A stretch of DNA of 64,000 bases from Tubulanus polymorphus. Taxonomy: Eukaryota > Animalia > Nemertea. The DNA lies in the NCBI RefSeq assembly GCF_964204645.1, contig NC_134026.1:12051950-12115949 (forward strand), written 5' to 3'. Of the stretch, positions 63,001 through 64,000 are shown in pieces. The notes beneath the pieces were generated by a model. It was given only the letters and a program-made list of their open reading frames with translations. It ran no database searches and had not been told where the DNA came from. The translations under genes were made by a program, and so were the position numbers. Every line of letters starts with the position of its first letter. The first letter of the stretch is position 1.

Positions 63001-64000
63001 TTTGTTAGGTGGCAGCACTGTACTGAAAAAGTTGTTGGTGCTAGCACAGGAATTTTGCAGCACCGGAACAGGAAGGTGGCAGCACCGTACGGCACACAGT
63101 TAAGGCATCAGCCGCTGTAACTTTCGATTTCATGTCAAAACTATTCAGAATTTTTACAGAATTTTGATTACAAAATCTGGTGTCATTGATTCAAATTGTC
63201 AATGGCATTTTAAAGAAATAAATAATAATTAATAGACGGCATTTTGAAGCCGTCGGTATAAAGGTACGTCAACGGCTATGTACTATTACATCGTCGGCAA
63301 AAGCCATTGATTGTCGTCGTGAAATTCAAACCCTGTCTTTGAAATTTTAATCAGAATAAAACCAACCGTTTTCCATAATTGTTCAAGGCCAAAACGTCAA
63401 TCTCAATTTGAAATAAGAAAAAATTGCACCCCAGATCTCAGATATTGGTCCTACTCGTATGTATATCACACACATGATTCATGATCGATGTTTCTTCACC
63501 TCCATTCACAGCTTCACCTCCATCCCCACCACCGCTAGCGGCACACCAATACATGTGGTAACTTATTGTTTTAGCAGTGATATTTAAGAATATAATTACC
63601 TCAAGGGGGAGGATGTACCCTATTAATTTCGGGGGTCAAAGGTCATTGTCACTGAAGGTAATTCATGCGAAACCTAAACATAATTCAAGGAAAAGTATTG
63701 AAAACTGGACTGCTTTTTCATAATATGGTTACCTTATGGGGAGAATATACCCTAATAATTTTAGGGTTCAAGGCTCAAATGTCAAGGTCATTACAGGTGA
63801 TTTGCAGGAAACCTTATGAACACGCTATATGGAAGACTAATGTTATGTTTACTTGAGCTGCAGTATTTGCTGTGTTGTTTACACATTCTAAGACGATTTT
63901 GTTTTTTTTTGTACATTTACCTTTAACTCTATATTATTTACATTGTGCTAACTTTTGTAAGGAATGATTATACTAGTCTCCTCAACATTCTTGATAGCAT

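Overview
AT-rich animal (invertebrate-like) genomic DNA, not prokaryotic. The main feature is a complete but decaying 17.2-kb Polinton/polinton-like virus at 1087-18262, with AGT...ACT termini, ~89-bp TIRs and a 6-bp TSD (CAAAGC). It encodes a protein-primed PolB, an rve integrase with chromodomain, an A32-like ATPase, major and minor capsid proteins and several membrane proteins. Three features stand out. (i) 14 of its 15 reconstructed genes start in the exact poxvirus late-promoter context TAAATG, usually after a T-run. (ii) It encodes a zinc-finger protein fused to a poxvirus A2/VLTF3-like late transcription factor domain. (iii) Its PolB carries an intact 355-aa LAGLIDADG intein in the catalytic YxD/TDS motif. 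Together these suggest (inference) an endogenized hyperparasite of a pox-like cytoplasmic DNA virus. The rest of the window holds a 5-exon MRPS18C gene (20162-57812) whose introns are packed with mobile DNA: a 2.4-kb element with Polinton-type ends and terminal palindromes, an unclassified DDE transposase relic, hAT elements with 6-bp TSDs, Helitron-type RPA/USP/PIF1 relics, a Penelope fragment, MITEs and satellites. The 5' end of a Gypsy element lies at the left edge. All family assignments come from motif recognition by eye; no searches were run.
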